Shown piece after piece: positions 18,197 to 27,852 of a stretch of 64,000 nucleotides of DNA (position 1 is its first letter; each line of letters opens with the position of its first letter). Source of the stretch: Roseateles toxinivorans (GTDB taxonomy: Bacteria; Pseudomonadota; Gammaproteobacteria; Burkholderiales; Burkholderiaceae_C); contig CAMDHE010000002.1 of assembly GCA_945898095.1 (NCBI GenBank), forward strand, positions 6,084-70,083, read 5' to 3'. The notes below the pieces were generated by a model. That model saw nothing but the letters and a program-made list of their open reading frames with translations, was not told the DNA's origin and searched no databases. The position numbers and the translations under genes were made by a program.

Positions 18197-19831
18197 CTAC
18201 TCGCGGGCCTTGCTCATCCTGGCAGCCCAGCCGGGCATCCGGCGCTCCATCGTGTTGACGATCGCCTCTTGCCTGGCGCGCTTGAATGCCGCCGCGCCGG
18301 CATCCTGTGCCGCTTGATCGGCGCTCAGCGCGCGGGCCTGGATGCTGGCAGTCGAGGCAGCCATGGCTGTCGGCGTGATCCGCAGCGCATAGATGTCGGT
18401 GCGGTTGTCGAGATCGGTGCCGGACAAGGCCAGCACCGGCAGAAAGCCCGATCCGCTCGGCACCAGCCCCTGGTAGTCGCCCAGGAACAAGCCGCGCGCG
18501 TCCGGTGCCTGGGCCAGATCAAACTTGCTCCAGACCGGCGTTTCGACCCAGTTCAGACCATCGCGCGAGCTCAACAGCCAAGCGCCAGTCAAGAGGGTGG
18601 CAGGGTCGGCGCTGTCGGGGCGCAGGTCGTAATGGGTCACCCCGACCAAGCCGTCGGCGCTGATCGCGATGCTGGGAGTGAAGGCGGCCACGCTGGTTTG
18701 CCGGTTGATCAGCAAAGGCGCGCTCCAATTGAGACCGCCGTCGCTCGAACGGGTCAGCAGGATGGCATCGCGCTGGCCGGATGAAAACCGTGCGTCCTGC
18801 CAGGTCAGCCACAAGCTGCCCGCCGGCCCGACAGCGATGGCACCCAGGTAAGCGCCATCGCGGATCGCCTTGCCGCTCTGCGGGTCCTTGGCGCCGACCG
18901 CCTGGATGTCGGTGATGCGGATCGGCGCCGACCAGGTCAAGCCCTTGTCGCGCGAGCGCAGCACACCGAACCAGGAGGTCTGCTGGTTGCCCAGCGTGTC
19001 GATCTGGGTGAACAGATTGATCAGCGTGCCATCGGGCAGCACGACGATGCGGTTGCCCAGCGTCTGGCTGATACCGCCCGCCTTGACCGGTGCATAGATC
19101 ATGCGGGCCGGCTCCCAGGTGGCGCCGCTGTCACTGCTGCGCGCCATCAGCGTGGGGCCGAAACCGCTGTTGTCGATGCGGTCCCAGACGGCGAAGACAT
19201 AGCGCGCATCGGTCGGGTCGGCAGTCAGCGAGTTCTTGTCGTTGAACAAGGTATCGCCATCGCGCAACAAGGTGGCGGGCTCGCTCCAGCTGCGGCCACT
19301 ATCGGTCGAGCGGCTGACCAGCAATGCAGAAGATGAACCGGCCAGCAAAGTCCCGCCGTTGAAGCTCAAGGCCATCGAATAGATCACGCCGCCAGGACCG
19401 ATGTCGACCCAGGGATCGCTGGCGCGCTCGTAGTCGCCACTGCTACCGGCCAGCGCACCGCCGCAGCGTGAAAAAGGCATCAGCCGCCTGCTCCAGGTCA
19501 CGCCGCCATCAGTGGAGACCGCGGTCACCAGCGCTCTGGCGCCGCCATTGCTCCAGCGATCCTGCTGCCAGGTGGCGGCGAGCAAATTCGAATTGCCCGG
19601 CTGCACGGCCACAAAGGGCTCGACCTCGGCATTGGCATAAAGCACCCCGCTGCTCGAACCTCCGTCGCAGCCAGCCTGAACCGGGCTGCTGGTGCTGATT
19701 CGGCCAGCTGGCAGGGTCAGCGCCGGCGTCACCGGCACTTGAGTCGGGCTCGAACCGCCACCGCAACTGCCCAGGGCGGTCAAGGCGCCGACCAGCAACA
19801 TCCAATAACCAAGTCGCAGCGCTTGCATCAA
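18197..19831 (-). CDS. BNR/Asp-box repeat exo-alpha-sialidase-like lipoprotein
   Basis: Lipobox LTALGSC. Five Asp-box repeats (STDGGVTWS, STDSGRSWS, SSDSGATWE, SRDKGLTWS, SSDGGLNWS). Confidence 0.85.
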   Translation of the reverse strand: MMQALRLGYWMLLVGALTALGSCGGGSSPTQVPVTPALTLPAGRISTSSPVQAGCDGGSSSGVLYANAEVEPFVAVQPGNSNLLAATWQQDRWSNGGARALVTAVSTDGGVTWSRRLMPFSRCGGALAGSSGDYERASDPWVDIGPGGVIYSMALSFNGGTLLAGSSSALLVSRSTDSGRSWSEPATLLRDGDTLFNDKNSLTADPTDARYVFAVWDRIDNSGFGPTLMARSSDSGATWEPARMIYAPVKAGGISQTLGNRIVVLPDGTLINLFTQIDTLGNQQTSWFGVLRSRDKGLTWSAPIRITDIQAVGAKDPQSGKAIRDGAYLGAIAVGPAGSLWLTWQDARFSSGQRDAILLTRSSDGGLNWSAPLLINRQTSVAAFTPSIAISADGLVGVTHYDLRPDSADPATLLTGAWLLSSRDGLNWVETPVWSKFDLAQAPDARGLFLGDYQGLVPSGSGFLPVLALSGTDLDNRTDIYALRITPTAMAASTASIQARALSADQAAQDAGAAAFKRARQEAIVNTMERRMPGWAARMSKARE

Positions 19832-19841
19832 CCGAATCCTT

Positions 19842-21356
19842 TCAAATAGTGCGACGCAGATTGGCCGGGGCGATCTTCAGCGCCTCGCGGTATTTGGCCA
19901 CCGTGCGTCTTGCGACCTGGATGCCCTGTTCATCGAGCATGCTGGCCAAGGCGCTGTCGGACAAGGGTTTGGCAGGAATTTCAGCGGCGACAAACTGCTT
20001 GATCAAGGCGCGCACTGCCGTGCTCGAGGCGTTGCCACCGGAATCGGTCGAGAGTCCGGAGCCGAAGAAATATTTCAGCTCGAAGGTGCCGAAACTGGTG
20101 GCCATGTATTTGGCCGTGGTGACGCGCGAAATCGTCGATTCATGCAGGCCGAGTTCGTCGGCAATTTCGCGCAGCACCAAGGGTTTCATCGCCAACGCGC
20201 CATGGGTGAAAAAGCTTTTCTGGCGCTCGACGATGGCCTTGGAGACCCGCAAGATCGTCTCGAAACGCTGCTGGATGTTCTTGATGAACCAGCGCGCTTC
20301 CTGCAACTGTCCGCCCAGGGGACTGTTGCTGATACCGCCCCGCGTGGCACGCAGCGCATTGGCATAGAGCTCGTTGATACGCAGCTTGGGCGCAGCTTCC
20401 GGGTTCAGGGTGACGCGCAGCTCGCGCCCGACCTTGCGGACGATCACATCGGGCAGCACCGCCTGCGCCTGGCCCGGGGCAAAGCGGCGGCCGGGTTTGG
20501 GCTCGAGCGCCGTGATCATCGACTGGGCAAGACGCAGCAGCGCATCATCGGCGCCGGTCAAGGCCATCATCTTCTTGCTGTCGCGCCGAGCCAGCAGTTC
20601 CAGATGCGAGTCGCAGATCACGATCGCCAGCTGCTGCGCCTTGCTGGCCGGCTGTGTGCGCAATTGCAGCACCAGGCATTCAGCCAAGTCCCGGGCGCCG
20701 ACACCGGCAGGATCCATGCTCTGCAACCAGTTCCTGGCGATGCGCAGGTGGTCGAGCAGTTCTTCCTGGCTGTCTTCATCGTCGGTCAACGCGGCGGCGA
20801 TTTCTTCCAGGCTGTCCTCGAGATAGCCGTCGTCATTGAGCGACTCGATCAAGACTTGCAAGGCAACGCGGTCACTTTCCGACAAGCCCATGCCAGCCAG
20901 CTGTTGGCGCAAATGTTCGGCCAGGCTGATCTCGGCTGAATCCTGTTCGCTGCGCTCACCATCGTTCTCGTTGTTGCCACTGCCGGTACCGCTGCTGCTG
21001 GGCAGCTCGCGGATGCCATCAAAATCGTCACGCTCGGTGCCGTTTTCCCAATCATCGCGTTCGGTTTGGCCGAAATCCTCAGCCTTGATTTCGGCCATGT
21101 TCTCGGCCTCGGCGCCACCGCCGAGTTCGCTATCGGCATTGCTGTCCTCGGCCGCCGAGGCAATGCGCATTTCATCCAGCTCGGGCGTGGCCACCGAGAA
21201 GTCTTCTTCGGTCTCGAGCAGCGGGTTCTGCGCCAGCATCTGTTCGACTTCCTGGTTCAGCTCCAAGGTCGATAACTGCAACAACCGGATCGATTGTTGC
21301 AGCTGCGGCGTCAGCGATAGATGCTGACTGAGACGAATCTGGAGCGACTGTTTCAT
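19842..21356 (-). CDS. rpoN: RNA polymerase sigma-54 factor
   Basis: Region I MKQSLQIRLSQHLSLTPQLQQSIRLLQLS, acidic region II, C-terminal RpoN box ARRTVAKYR. Confidence 0.97.
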   Translation of the reverse strand: MKQSLQIRLSQHLSLTPQLQQSIRLLQLSTLELNQEVEQMLAQNPLLETEEDFSVATPELDEMRIASAAEDSNADSELGGGAEAENMAEIKAEDFGQTERDDWENGTERDDFDGIRELPSSSGTGSGNNENDGERSEQDSAEISLAEHLRQQLAGMGLSESDRVALQVLIESLNDDGYLEDSLEEIAAALTDDEDSQEELLDHLRIARNWLQSMDPAGVGARDLAECLVLQLRTQPASKAQQLAIVICDSHLELLARRDSKKMMALTGADDALLRLAQSMITALEPKPGRRFAPGQAQAVLPDVIVRKVGRELRVTLNPEAAPKLRINELYANALRATRGGISNSPLGGQLQEARWFIKNIQQRFETILRVSKAIVERQKSFFTHGALAMKPLVLREIADELGLHESTISRVTTAKYMATSFGTFELKYFFGSGLSTDSGGNASSTAVRALIKQFVAAEIPAKPLSDSALASMLDEQGIQVARRTVAKYREALKIAPANLRRTI

Positions 21357-21371
21357 CGCGCCAACCCGCCG

Positions 21372-22160
21372 TCACATGCGGAAGTTTTCACCGAGATAGA
21401 CCTTGCGGACATCAGCGTTGGCGACGATCTCGGACGGCGTGCCTTCAGCCAGCACAGCGCCCTCGCTGATGATGTAAGCGCGGTCACAGATGCCCAGCGT
21501 TTCGCGCACATTGTGGTCGGTGATCAGGACCCCGATACCGCGCGCCTTGAGGAAACCGATGATGCGCTGGATCTCCAGCACGGCGATCGGATCGACACCG
21601 GCAAACGGTTCATCGAGCAGGATGAAACGAGGCTGTGTAGCCAGCGCACGCGCGATCTCGACACGCCGGCGTTCGCCGCCCGAGAGTGCCGGCGCCGGGC
21701 TGTCGCGCAGCTTCTCGATTCCCAGGTCGTGCAGCAAGCTCTCCAGCGCGGCTTCGATCTTTTGCTTCGGCCAAGCGCGGCCATCAGGACCTTGCTGCAA
21801 TTCGAGCACGGCGCGTATGTTCTCGGCCACATTGAGCTTGCGAAATATCGACGCTTCTTGCGGCAGATAGCTCAGCCCCAGCTTGGCGCGCTGATGAATC
21901 GGCAGGCGCTGCACCGGCTTGCCATCGATGCGGATGATGCCGGCATCGGCGCGCACCAGGCCGACGATCATGTAGAAACTGGTCGTCTTCCCCGCGCCAT
22001 TGGGCCCGAGCAGGCCGACCACCTCGCCGCTGTGGACATCGAGGTGGACATTCTTGACGACCCGGCGCACCCCATAGCTCTTGGCCAGTCCCTCAGCTTC
22101 GAGGCGGCTGCCGGGCGGCGACTCGATCGCAGCCCTCTGCTTGGCTGGGGCGAAGGTCAT
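21372..22160 (-). CDS. lptB: LPS export ABC transporter ATP-binding protein LptB
   Basis: [36 protein letters not shown]. Position between lptA and rpoN. Confidence 0.95.
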   Translation of the reverse strand: MTFAPAKQRAAIESPPGSRLEAEGLAKSYGVRRVVKNVHLDVHSGEVVGLLGPNGAGKTTSFYMIVGLVRADAGIIRIDGKPVQRLPIHQRAKLGLSYLPQEASIFRKLNVAENIRAVLELQQGPDGRAWPKQKIEAALESLLHDLGIEKLRDSPAPALSGGERRRVEIARALATQPRFILLDEPFAGVDPIAVLEIQRIIGFLKARGIGVLITDHNVRETLGICDRAYIISEGAVLAEGTPSEIVANADVRKVYLGENFRM

Positions 22161-22810
22161 TTGGGCTTGCGCGGCTGCAAGGTCAGGCTTGGCTGGAGCG
22201 GCAGGGCGGGAGCAGCCGGCTCGGCGCTCTGGGCTTCAGTGATCTCGCGCGGCATCATCACCATGCGGGCGCGCCCGCTCGGATGCGGCGAGCCCGCGCC
22301 AGCTTCCAGCGTAAAGATCTCGGTGCGGTTGTCAAACAGGATCACTGCACCGGTCACTTCGTCGGCCACCAGAGCACCGCGCATGCGACGCACCACCGCA
22401 TTGCCGATAAAACGCACCGTATCGGCGCGGGTGTCGAATTCCAGCTGGTCGGCAAAGCCCTCGATCGCTTCGCCGGGCACATCGCGCGCTTGGCGGAACC
22501 TGGTTTGCTGGCCTGGCAGGCTGCTGGCCTTGGCCTGGTAATAGCCATCAGCCGTCTCGCTCACGGCGATGCGTTCGGCATGCAAGACCATGCTGCCCTT
22601 GCTGAGCACGACAGCGCCGACGAACTCGGTGCGCTGGTTCGCCACATCGATCCTGCCGCCCTGGTCGGAAGTGATGTTCAAAGGCTTCAAGCGATCAGCC
22701 TTTTCCGCCAGGGCCGGAGCGGCCATAAGGCTCAAGCACAGCAGCAGGGTCAGCGCGCTGGGGCGCCGGTCAGGCAGTCGGTTTGGGCGATTCAGGTCGG
22801 GATTTTTCAT
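22157..22810 (-). CDS. lptA: LPS transport periplasmic protein LptA
   Basis: Signal peptide then OstA-like beta-jellyroll repeats. ATGA overlap with lptB. ATG at 22810 preferred over 22834. Confidence 0.85.
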   Translation of the reverse strand: MKNPDLNRPNRLPDRRPSALTLLLCLSLMAAPALAEKADRLKPLNITSDQGGRIDVANQRTEFVGAVVLSKGSMVLHAERIAVSETADGYYQAKASSLPGQQTRFRQARDVPGEAIEGFADQLEFDTRADTVRFIGNAVVRRMRGALVADEVTGAVILFDNRTEIFTLEAGAGSPHPSGRARMVMMPREITEAQSAEPAAPALPLQPSLTLQPRKPK

Positions 22811-22898
22811 GGCGGCACAGTTCTTGCAGACCATTCTATCCCGAGGCCATGACCCAAGACCCGGGCATTCAGGTGTCGATTGCCCTCAAACTGGCCAG

Positions 22899-23016
22899 CG
22901 CCCTGGCCTTCGGCCGGCGGTTCAAGCTCGGTCCGCCTCAGCCCTGGCGCTCGTAGGCGCCCTAGCCTTCGGCTGGCGTCGTTCAAGCCGCAGGGCTTGA
23001 ACTCGGTCCGCCTCAG
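22899..23016. repeat. Two imperfect direct repeats (GCGCCCTrGCCTTCGGCyGGCG..GTTCAAGC..CTCGGTCCGCCTCAG); the second carries a hairpin insertion
   Basis: Copy 1 at 22899-22941, copy 2 at 22958-23016. Copy 2 contains GTTCAAGCC-gca-GGGCTTGAAC. Lies between the dsbA 3' end and the lptA 5' end. Confidence 0.6.
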
Positions 23017-23666
23017 GAATTGTTTCGGGCGCGCTTGATGAGGAAGTCGGCGACGATGAGGGCTTGCTGGCCTTGGGCGACTTCGGACTGGCCTTGCGTG
23101 CCGGCCTGCGAAGGCGCGGTCAGGAAGCGTCCGGCGATCCCCAAAGCAGGCACGCCGTCGATTCGATAGCCTTCCGACAGCTTGCCGGCCTGCATCGACT
23201 TGGATTGCACGCCAAAGGAGTTGAACGCGTCCTTGAACTTGGCCGCATCCACACCCAGCCTTGACATCAGCGCGACGATCGCCTTTTCATCGTCAAGGTC
23301 GAGACGTTCGCGGTGGAAGGCATTGAAGATGGCGGGGCGCAGTTCACTTTCACGGCCCATCGCTTCGAGCGCATAGAACAAGCGCTGGTGCAATTTGATA
23401 TTGGCCCGGAAACCCACATGAACGCGACGGAACGCGACATCTGGCGGCAACTGCTTGACCCAGGCTTCCAGCACTGGCTCGAAGGCATAGCAATGCGGGC
23501 AGCCGTACCAGAAGAACTCGACCACCTCGATCTTGCCCGGCACAACCGGCAAGCGCTGCGACAAACTCTGGTATTGCTTGCCCTCGATCGGGCCGCCCTG
23601 GGCCAGCACCAAGCCGGGCAAAACCGAAAAACTCGCCAGGCCAACAGAAAAATCACGCCGTTTCAT
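23013..23666 (-). CDS. dsbA: Thiol:disulfide interchange protein DsbA
   Basis: Signal peptide and active site FFWYGCPHCYAFEP. Confidence 0.93.
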   Translation of the reverse strand: MKRRDFSVGLASFSVLPGLVLAQGGPIEGKQYQSLSQRLPVVPGKIEVVEFFWYGCPHCYAFEPVLEAWVKQLPPDVAFRRVHVGFRANIKLHQRLFYALEAMGRESELRPAIFNAFHRERLDLDDEKAIVALMSRLGVDAAKFKDAFNSFGVQSKSMQAGKLSEGYRIDGVPALGIAGRFLTAPSQAGTQGQSEVAQGQQALIVADFLIKRARNNS

Positions 23667-23705
23667 CTTGAAAGTCCTCGAATCAGGTAAAGGAAGGGAT
23701 AGAGC

Positions 23706-24362
23706 TCAGCGCCTGACAGGCACCAGATTGGCTTCGTTGCCGGATGACTCGATCTTGCGCTGCAGCGCTTCGGCCTCCTCGCGAGCGTCCATCGGGCCGA
23801 GTCGGACGCGAAATACCGTGCGACCGGACTGTTCGCGCTCGGTCACCTTGGCAGCAAACCCGAGTATTGCCAGCTTGGCGCGCTGCTGTTCAGCATCGTC
23901 GGCCTTCACAAAAGCGCCCGCCTGGACAAAGTAGACATAGGGATCGGCCACCGCAGCGGCCATCGCCGAAGCCGAACTCGCCGCAGCAGCCCGGTTTTCG
24001 GGCTTCTTGTCGGCGGGTTTTTCGACCGGTTTTTCGGCCTGCTTTTCAACCGGCTTCAGCGCTGTCGCGGGCGCTGGTGCGGGCTCGACCGGCTCGGGCG
24101 AACTCGCCGCCACGCCGACTGCGCCACTCGCAGCCTTGCCAGCCTTGCCGGCCAGCGCAGCGTTCGGGTTCCAGTTCTTGTTGTGCAGGGCCTCTTCAAG
24201 GTCCTGCTCGGCCGTACGCTGCGGCACCTTGTTGATGAAGGGAATCGGCACCTTGGTGATATAGAGCGCCACACCGAGAGCCACTGCCAACCCCAGCAAC
24301 AGGCCGATGATCAAGCCCAGTACAAATCCGCCGCGCTGCTTGCCAGCCAAGCCTTTGTTCAT
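23706..24362 (-). CDS. SPOR domain-containing (septal peptidoglycan-binding) protein
   Basis: N-terminal TM, Ala/Pro-rich linker, C-terminal SPOR domain [26 protein letters not shown]...RVRLGP. Confidence 0.85.
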   Translation of the reverse strand: MNKGLAGKQRGGFVLGLIIGLLLGLAVALGVALYITKVPIPFINKVPQRTAEQDLEEALHNKNWNPNAALAGKAGKAASGAVGVAASSPEPVEPAPAPATALKPVEKQAEKPVEKPADKKPENRAAAASSASAMAAAVADPYVYFVQAGAFVKADDAEQQRAKLAILGFAAKVTEREQSGRTVFRVRLGPMDAREEAEALQRKIESSGNEANLVPVRR

Positions 24363-26065
24363 GAATTCTCCAAGCTTTCTCTGGACATGATTGTCGGTGC
24401 ACTGACGCCCAGCACGACCAGCGCATTGCGCAGGACCTGGCGGGTTGCCGCCAGCAAGGCCACGCGGGCCAGCGTCAATTCGGGCGTCTGATCGAGCACG
24501 CGCTCGGCCGCATAGTAGCTGTGATAAGCGCCGGCCAGATCCCTCAAGTAAAAGGCCACATCATGCGGCGCCAGGCCTTCGGCCGCGCTGCTGAGCATGC
24601 GCGGGTAGTCGGCCAGCTTGAGCATCAACTGGTTTTCGGTCGCTGCGACCAGCAGGCCCAGATCGGCGCTGCCGAGCATTGCTTCGTCACCACCGCGCGT
24701 GACCCAGTTGCGGATCACCGAGCAGATGCGGGCATGGGCGTACTGGACGTAGAACACCGGGTTTTCGTCGTTCTGCTGCAAGGCCAGATCGACGTCGAAG
24801 GTGAATTCGGTGTCGGCCTTGCGGCTGTTCAGGAAGAACCTCACCGCGTCGCGGCTGGTCCAGTCGATCAAGTCGCGCAGCGTCACATAGCTGCCGGCGC
24901 GCTTGGAGATCTTCACCTCGACCCCGCCCTTCATCACGGTGACCATCTTGTGCAGCACATAGTCAGGAAAGCCCTGCGGAATGCCGACATCGGCCGCCTG
25001 CAGTCCGGCGCGTACCCTGGCGATCGTGCCATGGTGGTCGGTACCCTGCACATTGATGCATTTGGTGTAGCCGCGCTGGAACTTGTCGATGTGATAGGCG
25101 ACATCGGGGACGAAATAGGTGTAGCTGCCATCGGACTTGCGCATCACGCGGTCCTTGTCGTCGCCGTAATCGGTCGAGCGCAGCCAGAGCGCTCCACCCT
25201 CTTCGAAGGTCTTGTCGGCGGCGATCAATCGCGCCACGGTCGCCTCGACCGCGCCGCTGGCGTACAGGCTCGACTCAAGAAAATAGTTGTCGAACTTGAG
25301 CCCGAAAGCCTGCAGGTCCAGGTCCTGTTCATGGCGCAGATAGGCGACGGCGAACTGGCGGATGCTGTCGAGGTCAGCGCTGTCGCCCGAGGCAGTGAAG
25401 GAGCGGTCATCAGCGGTCACGGTCTTGCAGGCCAGGAACTCGTCCGCGATGTCCTGGATGTAGTCACCGTTGTAGGCAAGCTCGGGCCAGCCGGCGTCCC
25501 CCGGCTTGAGCCCTTGCAGGCGCGCTTGGGTCGAACTCGCCAGGGTGGCGATTTGCACGCCGGCATCGTTGTAATAGAACTCACGCGTGACTGCGGCGCC
25601 CTGGGTCTGGAACAGGCTGCAGATCGCATCGCCGAGCGCTGCCTGGCGGGCATGGCCGACATGCAGCGGGCCGGTCGGGTTGGCCGAAACGAATTCGACC
25701 ATCACATGCCGGTCATTGGCCGCTTGCCGACCGAAGGCATCGCCGGCGGCCAGGGTTTCGCTGACTACGGCCTGCCTGGCCGCAGCCGTGAGCCGGATGT
25801 TGATGAAACCGGGGCCGGCGATTTCCATCGTCGCGACCCAACGCTGGAAAGCTGGTCTTGCGGTCAGGCTTTCGATCAGCGCCTGCGCCAGTTCGCGCGG
25901 GTTCTTTTTCAGCGGCTTGGCCAATTGCATGGCGGCCGTGCAGGCGAGGTCGCCGAGACTGGCCTGCTTGGGGGATTCGAAGGCGGCGGGGACAAGGCTG
26001 CCGGGACTGAGTTCTTGAATCGCCTCGCCCAGGGCGGCGAGCAAATCTTGCTTGGCTTGGATCAT
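24359..26065 (-). CDS. argS: Arginine--tRNA ligase
   Basis: 568 aa. Class I motifs [12 protein letters not shown] and [14 protein letters not shown] (KMSK-like). Confidence 0.97.
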   Translation of the reverse strand: MIQAKQDLLAALGEAIQELSPGSLVPAAFESPKQASLGDLACTAAMQLAKPLKKNPRELAQALIESLTARPAFQRWVATMEIAGPGFINIRLTAAARQAVVSETLAAGDAFGRQAANDRHVMVEFVSANPTGPLHVGHARQAALGDAICSLFQTQGAAVTREFYYNDAGVQIATLASSTQARLQGLKPGDAGWPELAYNGDYIQDIADEFLACKTVTADDRSFTASGDSADLDSIRQFAVAYLRHEQDLDLQAFGLKFDNYFLESSLYASGAVEATVARLIAADKTFEEGGALWLRSTDYGDDKDRVMRKSDGSYTYFVPDVAYHIDKFQRGYTKCINVQGTDHHGTIARVRAGLQAADVGIPQGFPDYVLHKMVTVMKGGVEVKISKRAGSYVTLRDLIDWTSRDAVRFFLNSRKADTEFTFDVDLALQQNDENPVFYVQYAHARICSVIRNWVTRGGDEAMLGSADLGLLVAATENQLMLKLADYPRMLSSAAEGLAPHDVAFYLRDLAGAYHSYYAAERVLDQTPELTLARVALLAATRQVLRNALVVLGVSAPTIMSRESLENS

Positions 26066-26094
26066 GGCGAGATTCTAAGGTTCTATGATTAGGA

Positions 26095-27450
26095 ATGCTC
26101 CCGGACGCCCCGACGCCACATCAAGCCCAGACCCACTTGCCCGTCTATATCGGCAAGTACAAGGTGCTGCGCCGGCTCGGTGAAGGCGCCACCAGCGATG
26201 TCTTTCTGGCGCTGGATGAATTCCGCCAGCGCGAAGTGGCCATCAAACGCAGCCATGCCTGGACTGCCGGCGGCGGTCCACAAGCCGATTTGAGCGTTCG
26301 CTTCTTCGCTGCCGAGGCCGCCTTGGCCGGGCGCCTGCAGCATCCGAACGTGGTGCAGATCCTCGATGCGGTGCCGGACCATGGGGTGCCCTATCTGGTG
26401 ATGGAATATGTGCCGGGCGCGACGCTGAAGGATTTTTGTCGCGCCGACCGCTTGTTGCCGCTCGATCAGATCGTCGAGTTGGGGTTCAAATGCGCGATGG
26501 CCTTGTCCTATGTCTTTCGGCAGGGCCTGATTCATCGCGACGTGAAGCCGGCCAACTTGCTGGTCCCGCTCGACGCCGAAGGCCGGCCGAGCGATGTCAA
26601 GGTCAGCGATTTCGGCAGCTCCTTCGACATCCATTCCGACAGCACCCAAGTGCACCGGGTCGGCTCACTGACCTATATGGCACCGGAACAGATCGAGGGC
26701 AGCGACCTCGACTGCCGCACCGACATCTATGCGCTGGGCGCCGTGCTCTACCACCTGGTGGCCGGTCGCGCGCCTTTTGACGCACCCAGCCAGACCGCCT
26801 TGATGCACAAGATCCAGACCGAAGCGCCGGCTTCGCTGCTCGGCAGTCGCGGCGGCGTCACCGCGGCGCTCGACGACGTGATCCTCAAGGCGATGTCCAG
26901 GCGGGCGGCAGATCGCTATGCCGATTGGGAAAGCTTCGGCCGCGCCCTCTCGGGTCTGGCCAGCGGCGAGTTGGCGCCACAGGCCAAGCTCTATGAGGTC
27001 AAGGATTCGCAGCGCTTCAATATGCTGCGCGAGCTGGCCTTCTTCAACGACTTCGGCGATGTCGAGTTGTGGGAGGTGGTGCGGCGTGCGCGCTGGCGCC
27101 GCTATCCGCAGGGACAGATGATCTACAAGGCCGGACATGAGGGCAACAACTTCCACATCATTGCCCAGGGCGAGGTCGAAGTGTTCCGCGATGGCCGGCT
27201 GGTCGCCTCGCTGGGCGCAGGCAACTCGGTCGGCGAGATGGCCTATCTGGCGCCGAATCCGGCGCTGCGCCGCCATGGCGCCGATGTGCAGGTCAGCCAA
27301 GCCTGCACGACAGTCTCGTTCACCCCCGAATTGATGGCCCAGCTGAGCAATGAATGCCGGCACCGTTTCGATCGCAGCTTCATCGAGGTGCTGGTGCGAC
27401 GCCTGCATGCCGCGCATGAAGCAATGGATCATCCGCGCCGCATCATGTGA
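26095..27450 (+). CDS. Hanks-type Ser/Thr protein kinase fused to a C-terminal cyclic-nucleotide-binding-like domain
   Basis: Kinase motifs GEGATSDV, AIK, HRDVKPANLL, DFG, APE. C-terminal cNMP-like beta-barrel ...IIAQGEVEVFRDGRLVASLGAGNSVGEMAYL... Confidence 0.88.
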   Translation: MLPDAPTPHQAQTHLPVYIGKYKVLRRLGEGATSDVFLALDEFRQREVAIKRSHAWTAGGGPQADLSVRFFAAEAALAGRLQHPNVVQILDAVPDHGVPYLVMEYVPGATLKDFCRADRLLPLDQIVELGFKCAMALSYVFRQGLIHRDVKPANLLVPLDAEGRPSDVKVSDFGSSFDIHSDSTQVHRVGSLTYMAPEQIEGSDLDCRTDIYALGAVLYHLVAGRAPFDAPSQTALMHKIQTEAPASLLGSRGGVTAALDDVILKAMSRRAADRYADWESFGRALSGLASGELAPQAKLYEVKDSQRFNMLRELAFFNDFGDVELWEVVRRARWRRYPQGQMIYKAGHEGNNFHIIAQGEVEVFRDGRLVASLGAGNSVGEMAYLAPNPALRRHGADVQVSQACTTVSFTPELMAQLSNECRHRFDRSFIEVLVRRLHAAHEAMDHPRRIM

Positions 27451-27456
27451 GGGCTT

Positions 27457-27473
27457 GAGCCGGTCGCCGGCTC
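27457..27473 (+). terminator. Hairpin GAGCCGG-tcg-CCGGCTC just after the kinase stop
   Basis: 7-bp perfect stem 7 nt after TGA. Only a weak T-rich tail (atgcttgaattctt). Confidence 0.3.
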
Positions 27474-27516
27474 ATGCTTGAATTCTTCCGGCAATCCGCC
27501 CGACGAGGAATCCCCG

Positions 27517-27837
27517 ATGAAAACCATTATTTATTCCCTGATGACCATGGCTGCTCTTGGTTTCGCCGCTTCGGCCCAGGCCGCCGATGCCGCCAGCGCC
27601 CCGAGCACCCAGCAGTCAAAGATGGCGACCTGTAACAAGGAAGCTACCGACAAGAAAGGCGACGAGCGCAAGGCCTTCATGAAGGACTGTTTGTCTGCCA
27701 AAGCCGAAGCAACAGCCGCTGCTTCCGCACCGACCGGTCAGCCAAGCCGTATGAAAAACTGCAACGTCGAAGCCAAGGGCAAAACCGGCGACGAGCGCAA
27801 GGTTTTCATGAAGACCTGCCTCAGCAACAAGAGCTGA
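27517..27837 (+). CDS. psiF: PsiF-repeat protein (phosphate-starvation-inducible PsiF family)
   Basis: Signal peptide MKTIIYSLMTMAALGFAASAQA. Two repeats: MATCNKEATDKKGDERKAFMKDCLS and MKNCNVEAKGKTGDERKVFMKTCLS. GAGGAA RBS upstream. Confidence 0.8.
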   Translation: MKTIIYSLMTMAALGFAASAQAADAASAPSTQQSKMATCNKEATDKKGDERKAFMKDCLSAKAEATAAASAPTGQPSRMKNCNVEAKGKTGDERKVFMKTCLSNKS

Positions 27838-27852
27838 GCCAGACAGGCCAGC

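Noticed and set aside
22899-23016. tRNA-3'-end-like sequence or att site (GGCGGTTCAAGC...CCGCCTCA)
   Set aside because: The would-be T-arm has a 12-nt loop instead of 7. There is no acceptor-stem partner, and no integrase or island is nearby.
24521-26092. 523-aa plus-strand ORF
   Set aside because: It is entirely antisense to argS, has no recognisable motifs, and shows the same high-GC antisense artefact.
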